The notes under the pieces: model-generated | Seen by the model: the letters and a program-made list of their open reading frames with translations, nothing else | The model's database searches: none | What the model was told of the DNA's origin: nothing | Position numbers and translations under genes: made by a program | Shown here: positions 19,149 to 29,829 of the stretch, in pieces | How the letters are laid out: the number at the start of each line of letters is the position of its first letter | Position numbering within the stretch: position 1 is the stretch's first letter | NCBI GenBank assembly: GCA_963732385.1 | Contig: CAVSZB010000007.1 | Location: 256,001 to 320,000, forward strand | Source: an uncultured bacterium | GTDB lineage: Bacteria; Krumholzibacteriota; Krumholzibacteriia; LZORAL124-64-63 | Direction: 5' to 3' | DNA: 64,000 nt

Positions 19149-20114
19149 ATGCCCTATCGCGAGTTTCTGAAGCGTTTCGACGGGCTGCGTCTGGCGGTCT
19201 GCGGGGACGTCATGGTCGATCGGTTCCTGTGGGGCCGGGTCGATCGGATCAGTCCCGAGGCACCGGTGCCGGTGGTGCGTCTCGAGCGGGAAACCGCGAA
19301 TCTCGGCGGCGCCGCCAACGTGGCCAACAACATCCGCGCGCTTGGCGCCGCAGTGACGCTGGTGGGGGTGGTCGGCGAGGACGACACCTCCAGTGAGTTG
19401 AGGGCGATGTTGGTCGACCGCGGCATTGACGACGCGGGGCTGCTGTCCCTGGGCGGACGTCCCACCACCCTCAAGACCCGCATCATCGCCCACAGCCAGC
19501 AGGTCGTGCGCACCGACGTGGAAAGCGATGCGGCTCTGACCGGCGCGGAAGAAGCGCGGCTGCTGGAACTGCTGCGCGCGTCAGGTCCCTACGACGCCGT
19601 GGTGTTGAGCGATTACGGCAAGGGGGTACTCTCCCCGTCCCTGCTGCCCGAGGTGATCGCCTGGGCGCGCGGCGCGGGGGCGATCCTCACGGTGGATCCC
19701 AAGCGGGGGGATTTCAGCCAGTACCGCGGTGTTACCTCGCTGACGCCCAACCAGAAAGAGGCGGGACAGGCCTGTTCCGCGGTGATCGGCGATCCGGAGA
19801 CCCTCGATCGGGTCGGACGGCTGTTGCGGGAACGGGTAGACGCCGAGGCGCTGCTCATCACCCGCGGCGAGCACGGCATGGCGCTCTACGAGCGGGGCGG
19901 CGCGATGCATCATCTGCCGACGGAGGCGACCGAGGTCTTCGACGTCACCGGCGCGGGTGACACGGTAATTGCCGCCTATACGACGGCGCTGGCCGCCGGC
20001 GCCTCCTGGCTGGAGGCGGCGAACTTCGCCAACCACGCCGCCGGCCTCGCGGTGCGGGAACTGGGCACTGCCGCGATCACGGCGGCCCAGATCGCGGAGG
20101 TCATGGGGCTGTGA
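19149..20114 (+). CDS. rfaE1: D-glycero-beta-D-manno-heptose-7-phosphate kinase
   Basis: RISPEAPVPVV, GGAANVA, SDYGKG, DVTGAGD. Confidence 0.93.
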   Translation: MPYREFLKRFDGLRLAVCGDVMVDRFLWGRVDRISPEAPVPVVRLERETANLGGAANVANNIRALGAAVTLVGVVGEDDTSSELRAMLVDRGIDDAGLLSLGGRPTTLKTRIIAHSQQVVRTDVESDAALTGAEEARLLELLRASGPYDAVVLSDYGKGVLSPSLLPEVIAWARGAGAILTVDPKRGDFSQYRGVTSLTPNQKEAGQACSAVIGDPETLDRVGRLLRERVDAEALLITRGEHGMALYERGGAMHHLPTEATEVFDVTGAGDTVIAAYTTALAAGASWLEAANFANHAAGLAVRELGTAAITAAQIAEVMGL

Positions 20115-20605
20115 GCGGCGCCTCCGCAGCGCCGGCCCCGATCATTTCGCGCGCGGCGTTGGCGGCGTGGGCCGAGCGGCAGCGCGCGGACGGGCGCACG
20201 ATCGTCTTCACGAACGGCTGTTTCGACCTTCTGCATCGCGGCCATGTGGAGAGCCTGGCGGAGGCGGCGGCAGAGGGGGATCTGCTGCTCGTCGCGATCA
20301 ACGCAGACGCCTCGGTGCGTGCGCTCAAGGGGCCGGAGCGGCCCCTGGTGCCTGAGGCGGAGCGGGCCGCGGTGCTGGCCGCCTTGCGCGCGGTGGGGGC
20401 GGTCACTATTTTCCCCGAGCCGACGCCGCTGGAAACGATCCTGCTCGTTCAGCCGGCGGTACTCGTCAAGGGCGCTGAATACGCTCCGGAAGAGATCGTC
20501 GGCGGCCATGAGGTGCAGTCCTGGGGTGGACGCGTGGTGCGGATCGCCATGCGCGCCGGGTTCTCGACCTCCGGTCTCCTCGCCCAGATCAAACGGTCGC
20601 GCTGA
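20111..20605 (+). CDS. rfaE2: D-glycero-beta-D-manno-heptose 1-phosphate adenylyltransferase
   Basis: VFTNGCFDLLHRGH, SVRALKGPERP. Confidence 0.93.
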   Translation: MSGASAAPAPIISRAALAAWAERQRADGRTIVFTNGCFDLLHRGHVESLAEAAAEGDLLLVAINADASVRALKGPERPLVPEAERAAVLAALRAVGAVTIFPEPTPLETILLVQPAVLVKGAEYAPEEIVGGHEVQSWGGRVVRIAMRAGFSTSGLLAQIKRSR

Positions 20606-20682
20606 GCGCGCGCCGTCTCCGTCCGGATCCGGCGGGATGCGGTCCCGGGCCCGGCTACCCGTCAAACTTGGAGGAGTGGCCA

Positions 20683-21999
20683 ATGCCCAGGGAGAAGATC
20701 ATTATCATCGGCGCCGCCGGGCGCGACTTCCACAATTTCAACTGCGTCTTCCGCGACAACGAGGCGTACGAAGTCGTCGCCTTCACCGCCGCGCAGATCC
20801 CCGACATCGCGGGGCGGGTCTATCCGGCCGCGCTGGCCGGCCGCCTGTACCCGAAGGGGATCCCGATCGCGGCCGAGTCGGAGCTGCCGGAGCTGATCGC
20901 CAGCCACGGCGTGGAGTGCTGCGTGTTCTCGTACAGCGACGTCGCCTACGAGGACGTCATGCACAAGGCGGCCCTGGTCAACGCCTGCGGGAGCGATTTC
21001 AAGCTGCTCGGCGAGCGGCTCACCCAGCTCAAGAGCAGCAAGCCGGTCATCAGCATCTGCGCGGTCCGCACCGGCTGCGGGAAGAGCCAGACCACCCGCC
21101 GGGTGAGCGCCATCCTGCGCGCGGCCGGCAAGCGGGTCGTGGCTGTGCGCCATCCGATGCCGTACGGGGATCTGGTCCAGCAGAAGGTTCAGCGGTTCGC
21201 CACCCTTGAGGATCTGAAGCGCCACCACTGTACGATCGAGGAGATGGAGGAGTACGAGCCGCACATCGTGGCCGGCACGATCGTCTACGCCGGCGTCGAT
21301 TATGCGGCGATCCTCGCCGAGGCGGAGAAGGAGGCCGACGTGGTGCTCTGGGACGGTGGCAACAACGACACGCCGTTCTTCAGGAGCGACCTGCATATCG
21401 TTGTGGCCGATCCGCACCGCGCCGGGCACGAGGTGGGCTACTACCCCGGCGAAACGAACGTCCGCCTGGCCGATGTGGTCATCATCAACAAGGTCGTCGA
21501 GGCGCAGTTCGAAAACATCGAAGAGGTGCGCGCGAACGTGCGCCGGATCAACCCGGGCTGCGCGATCATCGAGGCGGCTTCGCCGCTCACCGTCAGCGAT
21601 CCGTCCCTGATCGAAGGTCGGAAGGTGCTCGTCGTCGAGGACGGGCCGACCCTCACGCATGGCGGCATGAGCTACGGCGCGGGGGTTGTGGCGGCCATGC
21701 GCTACGGCGCGGCCGAGCTGGTCGATCCGCGCCCCTACGTCACCGGCAGGATCGCCCAGACCTTCGCCACCTACCCCGAAATCGGCACCCTGCTGCCCGC
21801 GATGGGTTATGGCGAGGAGCAGATGCGTGATCTCGAGCGGACCATCGAGGCGGTGGAGTGCGACACCGTCGTCATCGGCACTCCCATCGACCTGACGCGC
21901 ATCATCAAGATCCGCAAACCGACGGTGCGGATCGGTTACGAACTGCAGGAGATCGGGCGGCCGGATCTGCCCGAGCTGCTGGCGCCCTTCACGAAGTAG
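20683..21999 (+). CDS. COG2403 P-loop protein, probable arginine synthetase (ArcE); often annotated as GTPase or cDPG synthase
   Basis: IIGAAGRDFHNFN, AFTAAQIP, AVRTGCGKSQT, RHPMPYG, WDGGNND, EDGPTLTHGGM, LLPAMGY. Confidence 0.75.
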   Translation: MPREKIIIIGAAGRDFHNFNCVFRDNEAYEVVAFTAAQIPDIAGRVYPAALAGRLYPKGIPIAAESELPELIASHGVECCVFSYSDVAYEDVMHKAALVNACGSDFKLLGERLTQLKSSKPVISICAVRTGCGKSQTTRRVSAILRAAGKRVVAVRHPMPYGDLVQQKVQRFATLEDLKRHHCTIEEMEEYEPHIVAGTIVYAGVDYAAILAEAEKEADVVLWDGGNNDTPFFRSDLHIVVADPHRAGHEVGYYPGETNVRLADVVIINKVVEAQFENIEEVRANVRRINPGCAIIEAASPLTVSDPSLIEGRKVLVVEDGPTLTHGGMSYGAGVVAAMRYGAAELVDPRPYVTGRIAQTFATYPEIGTLLPAMGYGEEQMRDLERTIEAVECDTVVIGTPIDLTRIIKIRKPTVRIGYELQEIGRPDLPELLAPFTK

Positions 22000-22052
22000 C
22001 GACGGCGAGGGGGGCGCCCGCAGGGCTCCCCCCTCGCCAGCGGAGGTGCCCT

Positions 22053-23195
22053 GTGAACATCCACGAGTATCAGGCGCGTGACATTTTCCGTGGCCACGGC
22101 CTGCCGGTGCCGGAAGGGCGCGTGGCGACGACGGCCGACGAGGCGGTCACGCACGCCGCGGCGCTCGGGCTGCCGGTCATGGTCAAGGCGCAGGTGCTGA
22201 CCGGTGGGCGCGGCAAGGCGGGCGGAGTGAAGTTCTGCCCGACGGAAGCGGACGTCCGGAAGCACGCCGGGGCGATCCTCGGCATGGACATCAAGGGGCA
22301 CACGGTGCGCCGCGTTCTGGTAACGCCGGCCGCCGACATCGCGACCGAGTTCTACCTCGGCGTGCTCATCGACCGCCGCACCAGACGCCCCCTGGTGATT
22401 GCCAGCGCGGCGGGTGGCGTGGATATCGAAGAGGTCGCGCGCACTGCGCCGGAAAAGATCATCCAGCACACCATCGACCCGCGCTACGGCCTGCTCGACC
22501 ACGAGGCGCTGGCGCTCGGCCTCCGGCTGGCGCCGGGCGACCTGCCGCGCGCCCGCCAGCTTGGCGCCGCGCTGCAGAAGCTCTACATCGCCTTCCTCGC
22601 CGCGGACGCGAGCCTGGCGGAGATCAACCCGTTCATTTTCACCCCCGACGGCCGGGGGCTGGCCATCGACGCCAAGGTCAACCTCGATGACAACGCGCTC
22701 GACCGGCATCCCGACTATCCGGCGCTGCGCGATCTCGATGCCGAGGATGCGGCGGAGCGGGCGGCGCGCGAGGCGGGGTTGTCGTTCGTCAAGCTTGACG
22801 GCAACGTCGGCTGTCTCGTCAACGGGGCGGGGCTGGCGATGGCCACCATGGATCTCGTCCAGTATTACGGCGGCATGCCGGCCAATTTCCTGGACATCGG
22901 CGGCAGCTCCAACCCGGAGAAGGTCGTCAACGCGCTGCGCATCATCCTGGGCGATCCGCGCGTGGAAGTGATTCTCTTCAATATCTTCGGCGGGATCACC
23001 CGGTGCGATGACGTGGCTGCGGGTATTATCGAGGCGACCCGGCGACTGCAGATCCGCGTGCCAATCGTGGTACGGCTGACCGGCACCAACGAGGAGGAGG
23101 CACGCCGTCTGCTCGCCGACACACCGCTGGTGCCGGCTGCCACTATGGACGAAGCGGTCAAGAAAGCGCTCGAACTTGCTGCCGTAAAGCATTAA
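22053..23195 (+). CDS. sucC: Succinyl-CoA ligase beta subunit
   Basis: NIHEYQA, GGRGKAGG, NGAGLAMATMD, NIFGGI.RCD. Confidence 0.96.
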   Translation: MNIHEYQARDIFRGHGLPVPEGRVATTADEAVTHAAALGLPVMVKAQVLTGGRGKAGGVKFCPTEADVRKHAGAILGMDIKGHTVRRVLVTPAADIATEFYLGVLIDRRTRRPLVIASAAGGVDIEEVARTAPEKIIQHTIDPRYGLLDHEALALGLRLAPGDLPRARQLGAALQKLYIAFLAADASLAEINPFIFTPDGRGLAIDAKVNLDDNALDRHPDYPALRDLDAEDAAERAAREAGLSFVKLDGNVGCLVNGAGLAMATMDLVQYYGGMPANFLDIGGSSNPEKVVNALRIILGDPRVEVILFNIFGGITRCDDVAAGIIEATRRLQIRVPIVVRLTGTNEEEARRLLADTPLVPAATMDEAVKKALELAAVKH

Positions 23196-23240
23196 TCATC
23201 AGAAACTTATGCGCTCGTTGCGAGCGACAGGGAGCGGGGC

Positions 23241-24122
23241 ATGGCGATCTATTGCGACGCTTCGACAAAGGTCCTGGTCCAGGGGATCACCGGACGCGAC
23301 GGCAGTTTTCACACCCGGTCGATGCTGGCCTATGGCACCAGGGTCGTGGCCGGGGTGACCCCCGGCAAGGGGGGGCAGACCTTCGAGGGGACAGTCCCGG
23401 TATTCGACACCGTGGCCGAGGCGGTGGCGGCCACGGGAGCCGAGGCCTCGGTCGTGTTCGTGCCGCCCCCGGCCGCAGCGGGCGCCGTCTGCGAGGCGGC
23501 GGACGCCGGGTGCCGGCTGGTCGTCTGCATCACCGAGGGGGTGCCGGTTCGAGACATGCTGAGGGTGATGCCCTACGTGCAGGAGCGCGGCGCGCGGCTC
23601 ATCGGTCCGAACTGCCCCGGCCTGATCTGCCCCGGACAGACGAAACTGGGCATCCTGCCGACGAACATCGTCAAGCCGGGCGGTGTGGGAGTGGTGTCAC
23701 GCAGCGGCACCCTAACCTACGAGGTCGTCTTCCAGTTGACGCAGGCCGGCCTGGGGCAGTCGACCTGTCTGGGCATCGGCGGAGACCCGGTCATCGGCAC
23801 CGATTTTCTCGACGCGCTGGCCGCCTTCGCCCAGGATCCTGCCACCCGGGCGCTCGTGCTGATCGGTGAGATCGGTGGCGACGCCGAGGAGCGGGCCGCG
23901 CAGTTCATCAAGGAAAACCTGAAGATCCCGGTGGTGGCCTTCATTGCCGGACGCACCGCTCCGCCCGGGAAGCGGATGGGGCACGCGGGCGCCATCGTGA
24001 CCGGCGGGGGTGGCACGGCGGCGGACAAGGAGAAGGCGCTGGCCGCAGTCGGCATCCCCGTCGCCGCGCGGCCGGCCGATATCGTGCCCAGGCTCCGGGA
24101 AATCTGGCGGGACGCCAGTTGA
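23241..24122 (+). CDS. sucD: Succinyl-CoA ligase alpha subunit
   Basis: [27 protein letters not shown]. Confidence 0.96.
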   Translation: MAIYCDASTKVLVQGITGRDGSFHTRSMLAYGTRVVAGVTPGKGGQTFEGTVPVFDTVAEAVAATGAEASVVFVPPPAAAGAVCEAADAGCRLVVCITEGVPVRDMLRVMPYVQERGARLIGPNCPGLICPGQTKLGILPTNIVKPGGVGVVSRSGTLTYEVVFQLTQAGLGQSTCLGIGGDPVIGTDFLDALAAFAQDPATRALVLIGEIGGDAEERAAQFIKENLKIPVVAFIAGRTAPPGKRMGHAGAIVTGGGGTAADKEKALAAVGIPVAARPADIVPRLREIWRDAS

Positions 24123-24145
24123 GCGCTCCTGCGGCGGGAGGCCAC

Positions 24146-24580
24146 ATGTCCGATACCTATATGATGATCAAACCCGAAGTGGTGCGCGCCGGCGACCAGA
24201 AGATCGGTGCCATTATCGAATTGGTGCAGCGCAGCGGCTTCCGGATCCGCAATCTGGCGCTGCGCCGCTTCGACCGGGCGCTGGCCGGGGAATTCTATGC
24301 TGTGCACCGCGAACGGCCGTTTTTCGACGCACTCGTGGCATACATCGTTTCCGGCCCGGTGGTGTGCATCCACCTCGAACGGGAGGACGCGGTGCGGCGG
24401 CTGCGCGAACTGGTCGGCGCCACCAATCCGGGCGAAGCCTCGGCCGGAACTCTGCGCTTCCTCTACGGCACTTCGTTGCAGGAGAACGCGGTCCATGCCT
24501 CGGATTCCGATGCCAACGCGGCCCTGGAGATCGGTCTCGTTTTCGGCGGGACAGCCCCGGGTTCGGCGTCGGAAACTTGA
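24146..24580 (+). CDS. ndk: Nucleoside-diphosphate kinase
   Basis: MIKPE, FYAVHRERPFF, GATNP, NAVHASDS. Confidence 0.95.
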   Translation: MSDTYMMIKPEVVRAGDQKIGAIIELVQRSGFRIRNLALRRFDRALAGEFYAVHRERPFFDALVAYIVSGPVVCIHLEREDAVRRLRELVGATNPGEASAGTLRFLYGTSLQENAVHASDSDANAALEIGLVFGGTAPGSASET

Positions 24581-24605
24581 CAGCGCGTCGGAAGCCGTTT
24601 AGTGT
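24577..24605 (+). promoter_or_regulatory. sigma70-type promoter of the yceD-rpmF-fab operon
   Basis: TTGACA-N17-TAGTGT. Confidence 0.65.
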
Positions 24606-24617
24606 AACGCGCTTGCC

Positions 24618-25103
24618 ATGAAGCTCGATCTCGACAGGCAGGGTCCGGGCTGTACGCTCCTGGATGTGGATGAACGCCTGCCCACGGGGGCTCCTGCGCC
24701 ATTGCCGGCCACTGTGGGACTGCGCGGACGCCTGACGGTGGACAACCTCGAGAGTCGGGTGCTGGTGACCGGCGTGCTGGCCGGCGATGCGGTCGCGGTT
24801 TGCGATCGCTGCCTGGCGGACTTCACGTGCGGTTTCGAGACGGTGGTCGAGATCGTGGTCCTGCGCGATCCCACCTCCAATGAGGATGAACTGGATTCCT
24901 GGGTGATCCATGAACGCAGCAGCGAGGTCGATCTCGACGAGTCGCTGCGCGAGGCGGCCCTGCTGGGGCTGCCGCTGAAGTTTCTCTGCGCCGACACGTG
25001 CCGGGGTCTCTGCCCGCAGTGTGGCGCCAACCGGAACCGGGAGTCTTGCGCCTGCGCGCAGGACGAGACCGATTCACGCTGGGATGAGCTGCCCGGCGAG
25101 TAG
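24618..25103 (+). CDS. yceD: DUF177/YceD family protein
   Basis: CDRCL, LC..TCRGLCPQCG.N.N...C.C, RW; upstream of rpmF. Confidence 0.9.
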   Translation: MKLDLDRQGPGCTLLDVDERLPTGAPAPLPATVGLRGRLTVDNLESRVLVTGVLAGDAVAVCDRCLADFTCGFETVVEIVVLRDPTSNEDELDSWVIHERSSEVDLDESLREAALLGLPLKFLCADTCRGLCPQCGANRNRESCACAQDETDSRWDELPGE

Positions 25104-25152
25104 AATGCCGGGGCTCTCCCCGGCGCCGTAGCGATGCGAAAAGAGGATTGTC

Positions 25153-25332
25153 ATGGCTGTTCCGAAGAAACAGACGTCCCACTCCCGTCAGGGCATGCGC
25201 CGGTCGCACTGGCACCTGACCGCCCCCAATGCCACCCGCTGTGCCCATTGCGAGGCGCCCTGCCGACCGCATCGTGTGTGCCGCGAGTGCGGCCACTATG
25301 GCGAGCGCGAGGTCGTGGTGGTCAAATCGTGA
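25153..25332 (+). CDS. rpmF: 50S ribosomal protein L32 (Zn-binding form)
   Basis: 59 aa, translated by hand and absent from the ORF track: MAVPKKQTSHSRQGMRRSH...CAHC...PHRVCRECGHY. Confidence 0.95.
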   Translation: MAVPKKQTSHSRQGMRRSHWHLTAPNATRCAHCEAPCRPHRVCRECGHYGEREVVVVKS

Positions 25333-25392
25333 CAGCCGTCGGGGCCCTGACCGGCCTTGCGTCGCGTGGCCGCCGCCGCGGAGCTGGTTGAG

Positions 25393-26397
25393 GTGGCGAG
25401 CCGCGTCGAGCGGATCCCGATTATTGCCGTCGATGCGATGGGCGGTGATTTCGGTCCCGGCGTGGTGGTGCCGGGGGCCGTGGATGCCGTGCGCGAAGAG
25501 GGGGGCTTCACCCTCGTGCTGTACGGCGACGAATTGGCCATTCGCGCGGCCCTGGCCGGGCTCGACACCACCGATCTGCCGATCCAGGTTCACGCCTGCG
25601 GGCAGGCCATCGCCATGGGTGAGCCCGCCGCCGCCGCCATCCGCAACAAGCCCGATTCCTCAATCGTGCGCGCCATCACCGACCACAGGGCCGGCGCGGT
25701 GGACGGTTTTGTCAGCGCCGGCAGCACCGGCGCGATCGTGGCGGCCAGCCTGATCATCCTCGGCCGGCTCGCTGCGGTGGACCGCCCCGCGATAGCTTCG
25801 CGCATTCCGACCGTCAGCGGCCACTGCCTGCTGCTCGACATTGGCGCCAACGTACAGTGCACGCCCCAGCATCTGCTCACCTTCGCGCAGATGGGCGATG
25901 TCTACGCGCGCGAGATGCTCGGACTCGCGGCGCCGCGAGTGGCCTTGCTGAACAATGGTGAAGAGGAGACCAAGGGGACCGAGGTGACTGTGGCGGCCCA
26001 TCGCCTGCTGCGCGCCTCGGCCCTGAATTTCGTTGGCAATCTCGAGGGACGGCGGCTGATGCACGGCGACGCTGACGTCGTGGTCACCGACGGCTTCACC
26101 GGCAACGTGGCGCTCAAGTTGATCGAGGGTATGGCGCCGTTCCTCCAGAACGTGGCGGAACGGCGGTTCTCGCCGGAGGAGCGCGCCGAGGTGTTGCCGG
26201 CCCTGCGGATCCTGCAGGCACGCCTGGACTATGCCGACTACGGGGGCGCCCTGCTGTTGGGCATCGCCGGCGTGAGCGTGATCGCCCACGGCGCCAGTTC
26301 ACGTCGCGCGGTGCGCAATGCCGTGCTGGCGGGGGCCCAGCTGGCCGGCCGCGACATTCCTGCCCGGCTCGGCGCGCGCCTGGCCGCCGGCTCCTGA
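25393..26397 (+). CDS. plsX: Phosphate acyltransferase PlsX
   Basis: IAVDAMGGDFGP, SAGSTGA, VVTDGFTGNVALK, AHGAS. Start approximate. Confidence 0.94.
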   Translation: MASRVERIPIIAVDAMGGDFGPGVVVPGAVDAVREEGGFTLVLYGDELAIRAALAGLDTTDLPIQVHACGQAIAMGEPAAAAIRNKPDSSIVRAITDHRAGAVDGFVSAGSTGAIVAASLIILGRLAAVDRPAIASRIPTVSGHCLLLDIGANVQCTPQHLLTFAQMGDVYAREMLGLAAPRVALLNNGEEETKGTEVTVAAHRLLRASALNFVGNLEGRRLMHGDADVVVTDGFTGNVALKLIEGMAPFLQNVAERRFSPEERAEVLPALRILQARLDYADYGGALLLGIAGVSVIAHGASSRRAVRNAVLAGAQLAGRDIPARLGARLAAGS

Positions 26398-26429
26398 CCA
26401 GCCGTCCGCGCGCAGCCAGGGAGGGTTGC

Positions 26430-27392
26430 ATGCACCGACTGCCGATGCTCTTCCCGGGACAGGCTTCCCAGACCGTCGGCATGGCCGCCGATCTGGCGGT
26501 GCGGCCCGGTCCTGGCGCCGATTTTCTCGCCCGCGTTGACGACATCCTCGGCTTTGCGCTGACGCGCATCATGTGGGACGGGCCGGCAGCGGCCCTTGTG
26601 GAAACACGGCATGCCCAGCCCGCCATCTTCGCCCACTCCGTGGCCGTTCTGCTCGAGCTGCGCGCGCGGGGGGTGGAGCCGACCGCGGTCGCCGGCCACT
26701 CGCTCGGGGAGTACGCGGCGGCGGTGGCGGCCGGTTCTCTTGATCCCGCCGACGGTCTGCGTCTGGTGCATCGGCGTGGCGAACTGATGTTCGCGGCCGG
26801 CCGTGAGTGTCCCGGCGCGATGTCCGCGGTCATGGGACTGTCCGCCTCGCGCGTGGCTGAAGTCTGCGCGGAGGTGAGCCGCGAGGTCGGTGTGGTCGTG
26901 CTGGCGAACCACAATTCCGCCGATCAGGTCGCGATCTCGGGGGAAACGGCAGCGGTCCAGGCGGCCGGCCCGCGGTTGACCGCCGCGGGCGCGAAGCGGG
27001 TCATCCCGCTGCCGGTCAGTGGCGCCTTCCATTCGCCCCTGCTCGCGGGAGCCGCCGCGCTCTTCGCACAGGAACTGCGGGCGGTCGTATTCGCCGAACC
27101 GCGGGTGCCCCTGTACGCGAACGTCAGCGCGGAACCGGTAACGACCGCCGCGGTCCTGCGCGACGGGCTGGCCCGGCAGTTGACTGCCCCGGTGCTGTGG
27201 CATGACAGTCTGGCGGCGATGCTGGGTGCCGCGCCGGCCGGCGGGACGGCACGCCTGTTCCTGGAGGTTGGTCCGGGGCAGGTGCTCAGCAACCTCGCCA
27301 GGCGGGCCTGGCGTGACGCGCGGTTCCTGCCGGTCGGGACGTTGGCCGATCTGGACAAGATCATGGACAGCCTCGCGGCGCCCCTGACATAA
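26430..27392 (+). CDS. fabD: Malonyl-CoA:ACP transacylase
   Basis: LFPGQASQ, GHSLGEY, VSGAFHS. Confidence 0.95.
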   Translation: MHRLPMLFPGQASQTVGMAADLAVRPGPGADFLARVDDILGFALTRIMWDGPAAALVETRHAQPAIFAHSVAVLLELRARGVEPTAVAGHSLGEYAAAVAAGSLDPADGLRLVHRRGELMFAAGRECPGAMSAVMGLSASRVAEVCAEVSREVGVVVLANHNSADQVAISGETAAVQAAGPRLTAAGAKRVIPLPVSGAFHSPLLAGAAALFAQELRAVVFAEPRVPLYANVSAEPVTTAAVLRDGLARQLTAPVLWHDSLAAMLGAAPAGGTARLFLEVGPGQVLSNLARRAWRDARFLPVGTLADLDKIMDSLAAPLT

Positions 27393-27446
27393 TGCCGAGT
27401 CGAGGTCGGGCAAGGCCGGTCGTGAACCGGGAGGGAGGCTGAGCGG

Positions 27447-28178
27447 ATGGCGAATGGAACGGCGCTTATCACCGGCGCGAGTCGCGGCATCGGTCTGGCT
27501 ATTGCTCGGCGCCTTGCCTCCGACGGCTGGAATCTGGCCCTGGTGGCTCGCGACGAAGCGCGCCTGCGGGAGAGCGTGGCGACGTTGCCGGAGGGGACGC
27601 GGGCCATGACCTGGGCCTGCGACGTGGCGGACGGGGAGCAGGTCGCGCGCGTCGTCGCCGCCGCCGCCGCTGAATTCGGCGCCATCGAGGCGCTGATCAA
27701 CAACGCCGGCGTCACGGCCGACGCGCTGATCATGCGCATGTCCGCGGCGCAGTGGCGGCAGGTGATCGACATCAACCTCACCGGGACCTTCAACTTTACA
27801 AAGGCGGTCGCCCCGCTTATGATGCGGCAGCGTCAGGGGCGGATCGTCAACATCACCTCGGTGATCGGGCTTTCCGGCAATGCGGGGCAGGCTAATTACG
27901 CGGCCAGCAAGGCAGGCATCATCGCGTTGACCAAGTCGGTGGCGCGTGAACTGGCCGGCCGCCAGGTGACGGCCAACGCAGTGGCTCCCGGTTTCATCAC
28001 GACTGACATGACGGCCGGCCTGAACGAACAGATCAGGGCGGAGATGCTGAGGAACATCCCGCTGAAGCGCTTCGGCGAGGGGGCGGACGTGGCAGGCGTG
28101 GTGGCGTTCCTGCTCTCTCCCGACGCTGCCTACGTGACCGGGCAGACGATTGTGTGTGACGGTGGCATGACCATGTGA
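27447..28178 (+). CDS. fabG: 3-oxoacyl-ACP reductase
   Basis: [19 protein letters not shown]. Confidence 0.95.
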   Translation: MANGTALITGASRGIGLAIARRLASDGWNLALVARDEARLRESVATLPEGTRAMTWACDVADGEQVARVVAAAAAEFGAIEALINNAGVTADALIMRMSAAQWRQVIDINLTGTFNFTKAVAPLMMRQRQGRIVNITSVIGLSGNAGQANYAASKAGIIALTKSVARELAGRQVTANAVAPGFITTDMTAGLNEQIRAEMLRNIPLKRFGEGADVAGVVAFLLSPDAAYVTGQTIVCDGGMTM

Positions 28179-28218
28179 TTTTCAGTTCGACGACGACTTT
28201 CAGGAGGAATACGTTGCC

Positions 28219-28461
28219 ATGAGTTCCATTCGCGAGAAGGTCTACGAGATCATCGAGAGAAAACTGTCGGTCAACCCTGAGCAGATCACGCCGGAGGCTT
28301 CGTTCACGGATGATCTGGGGGCGGACTCGCTCGACACCGTCGAACTGGTGATGGACCTCGAAGAGGTTTTCAACATCACGATCCCGGAAGAGGATCAGGA
28401 AAAACTGCGTACCGTGCAGGACGCGATCGACTATCTGGAATCCCATCTGGAGCCCAAGTAG
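28219..28461 (+). CDS. acpP: Acyl carrier protein
   Basis: [12 protein letters not shown]. Confidence 0.96.
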   Translation: MSSIREKVYEIIERKLSVNPEQITPEASFTDDLGADSLDTVELVMDLEEVFNITIPEEDQEKLRTVQDAIDYLESHLEPK

Positions 28462-28566
28462 TCTCGTCTCGGCGCGCAGGCGAGCACCTGCGCCCCGACC
28501 AGGCCGTCGTTCGCTAGCCGTGCGGGACCGGTATTCCTGTGCCGATCGCAGCCCCAAGGAGACGGG

Positions 28567-29802
28567 ATGGAGCGTCGCAGGGTCGTTGTCACTGGCATCG
28601 GGCTTGTCACTTCGGTGGGCCTGACCCGCCAGACTTCGTGGGAGGGACTGGTGGCGGGCCGCAACGGGGTGGGCCCCATCACCGCGTTTCCCACGGACGG
28701 CTATCGAACGACTTTCGCAGCCGAGGCGAAGGGTTTCGACCCCCTCGTCGCCATGGACGCGAAGGATGCCCGCAAGGCCGATCGTTTCTGTCAGTTGGCG
28801 CTCGTTGCGGCGGCCGAGGCGATGGCGCAGGCCGAGCCCGGTGCGGTCGATCCTTTCCGCGCCGGCGTCATCATTGGCTCCGGCATCGGTGGCATGCAGA
28901 CTTTCGAGGAGCAGCATCAGAAACTGCTCGAGCGTGGGCCCTCGCGCGTGTCGCCCCTGTTCATCCCGATGCTCATCTCTGACATGGCCGCCGGTCTGGT
29001 CTCCATCCGCTACGGTTACCGCGGACCCAACTTCTGCACCGTGTCGGCCTGTGCCTCCAGTGGCCACGCCCTGGCCGGAGCCTTCGATATGATCCGCCTC
29101 GGTCAGGCCGACGTCATGATCACCGGCGGCAGCGAAGCGAGTGTCTGTCCTTCGGCGCTCGCCGGTTTTGGCGCCATGAAGGCGCTCTCGGCCCGCAACG
29201 AGGCTCCCGAGAGCGCGAGCCGCCCGTTCGACGCCGGGCGGGACGGCTTCGTCCTGGGCGAAGGAGCGGGCATTCTCATTCTGGAATCGTCGGACCACGC
29301 CCTGGCGCGCGGCGCCCCCATCATCTGCGAACTGGCCGGCTACGGGGCCACGGCCGACGCCTTCCACATGACGCAGCCCGACGAGGATGGCGCCGGCGCC
29401 CGCATGGCCATGACGAACGCCCTGGCCTGCGCCGGGGTGGCGCTCGAGGATGTCGGCTACATCAACGCGCACGGAACCTCCACGCACTACAACGACAAGA
29501 TCGAAAGCAAGGCGATCAGGGACCTGTTCGGCCCCCTGGCGCCGAAGGTCGCGGTCAGTTCCTGCAAGTCGATGATCGGCCACCTGCTCGGCGCTGCAGG
29601 GGCTGTGGAGGCCGCGGCGACGGCCCTCGCGCTCAAGGAGGGGGTTCTGCCGCCGACCATCAATTACGAAAGTCCTGATCCGGAGTGCGACCTCGATTAC
29701 TGTCCCAACCGGGCGGTGACACGCCAGGTCGAGGTCGCCCTCTCGAACTCTTTTGGGTTCGGCGGTCACAACGTTTCCCTTTGCCTCCGGACCTGGCGCT
29801 AG
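28567..29802 (+). CDS. fabF: Beta-ketoacyl-ACP synthase II
   Basis: SACAS, NAHGTST, GHLLGAAG, SNSFGFGG. Confidence 0.96.
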   Translation: MERRRVVVTGIGLVTSVGLTRQTSWEGLVAGRNGVGPITAFPTDGYRTTFAAEAKGFDPLVAMDAKDARKADRFCQLALVAAAEAMAQAEPGAVDPFRAGVIIGSGIGGMQTFEEQHQKLLERGPSRVSPLFIPMLISDMAAGLVSIRYGYRGPNFCTVSACASSGHALAGAFDMIRLGQADVMITGGSEASVCPSALAGFGAMKALSARNEAPESASRPFDAGRDGFVLGEGAGILILESSDHALARGAPIICELAGYGATADAFHMTQPDEDGAGARMAMTNALACAGVALEDVGYINAHGTSTHYNDKIESKAIRDLFGPLAPKVAVSSCKSMIGHLLGAAGAVEAAATALALKEGVLPPTINYESPDPECDLDYCPNRAVTRQVEVALSNSFGFGGHNVSLCLRTWR

Positions 29803-29829
29803 AAGAGGCGGGTGGTCTGATCGCGCGCG

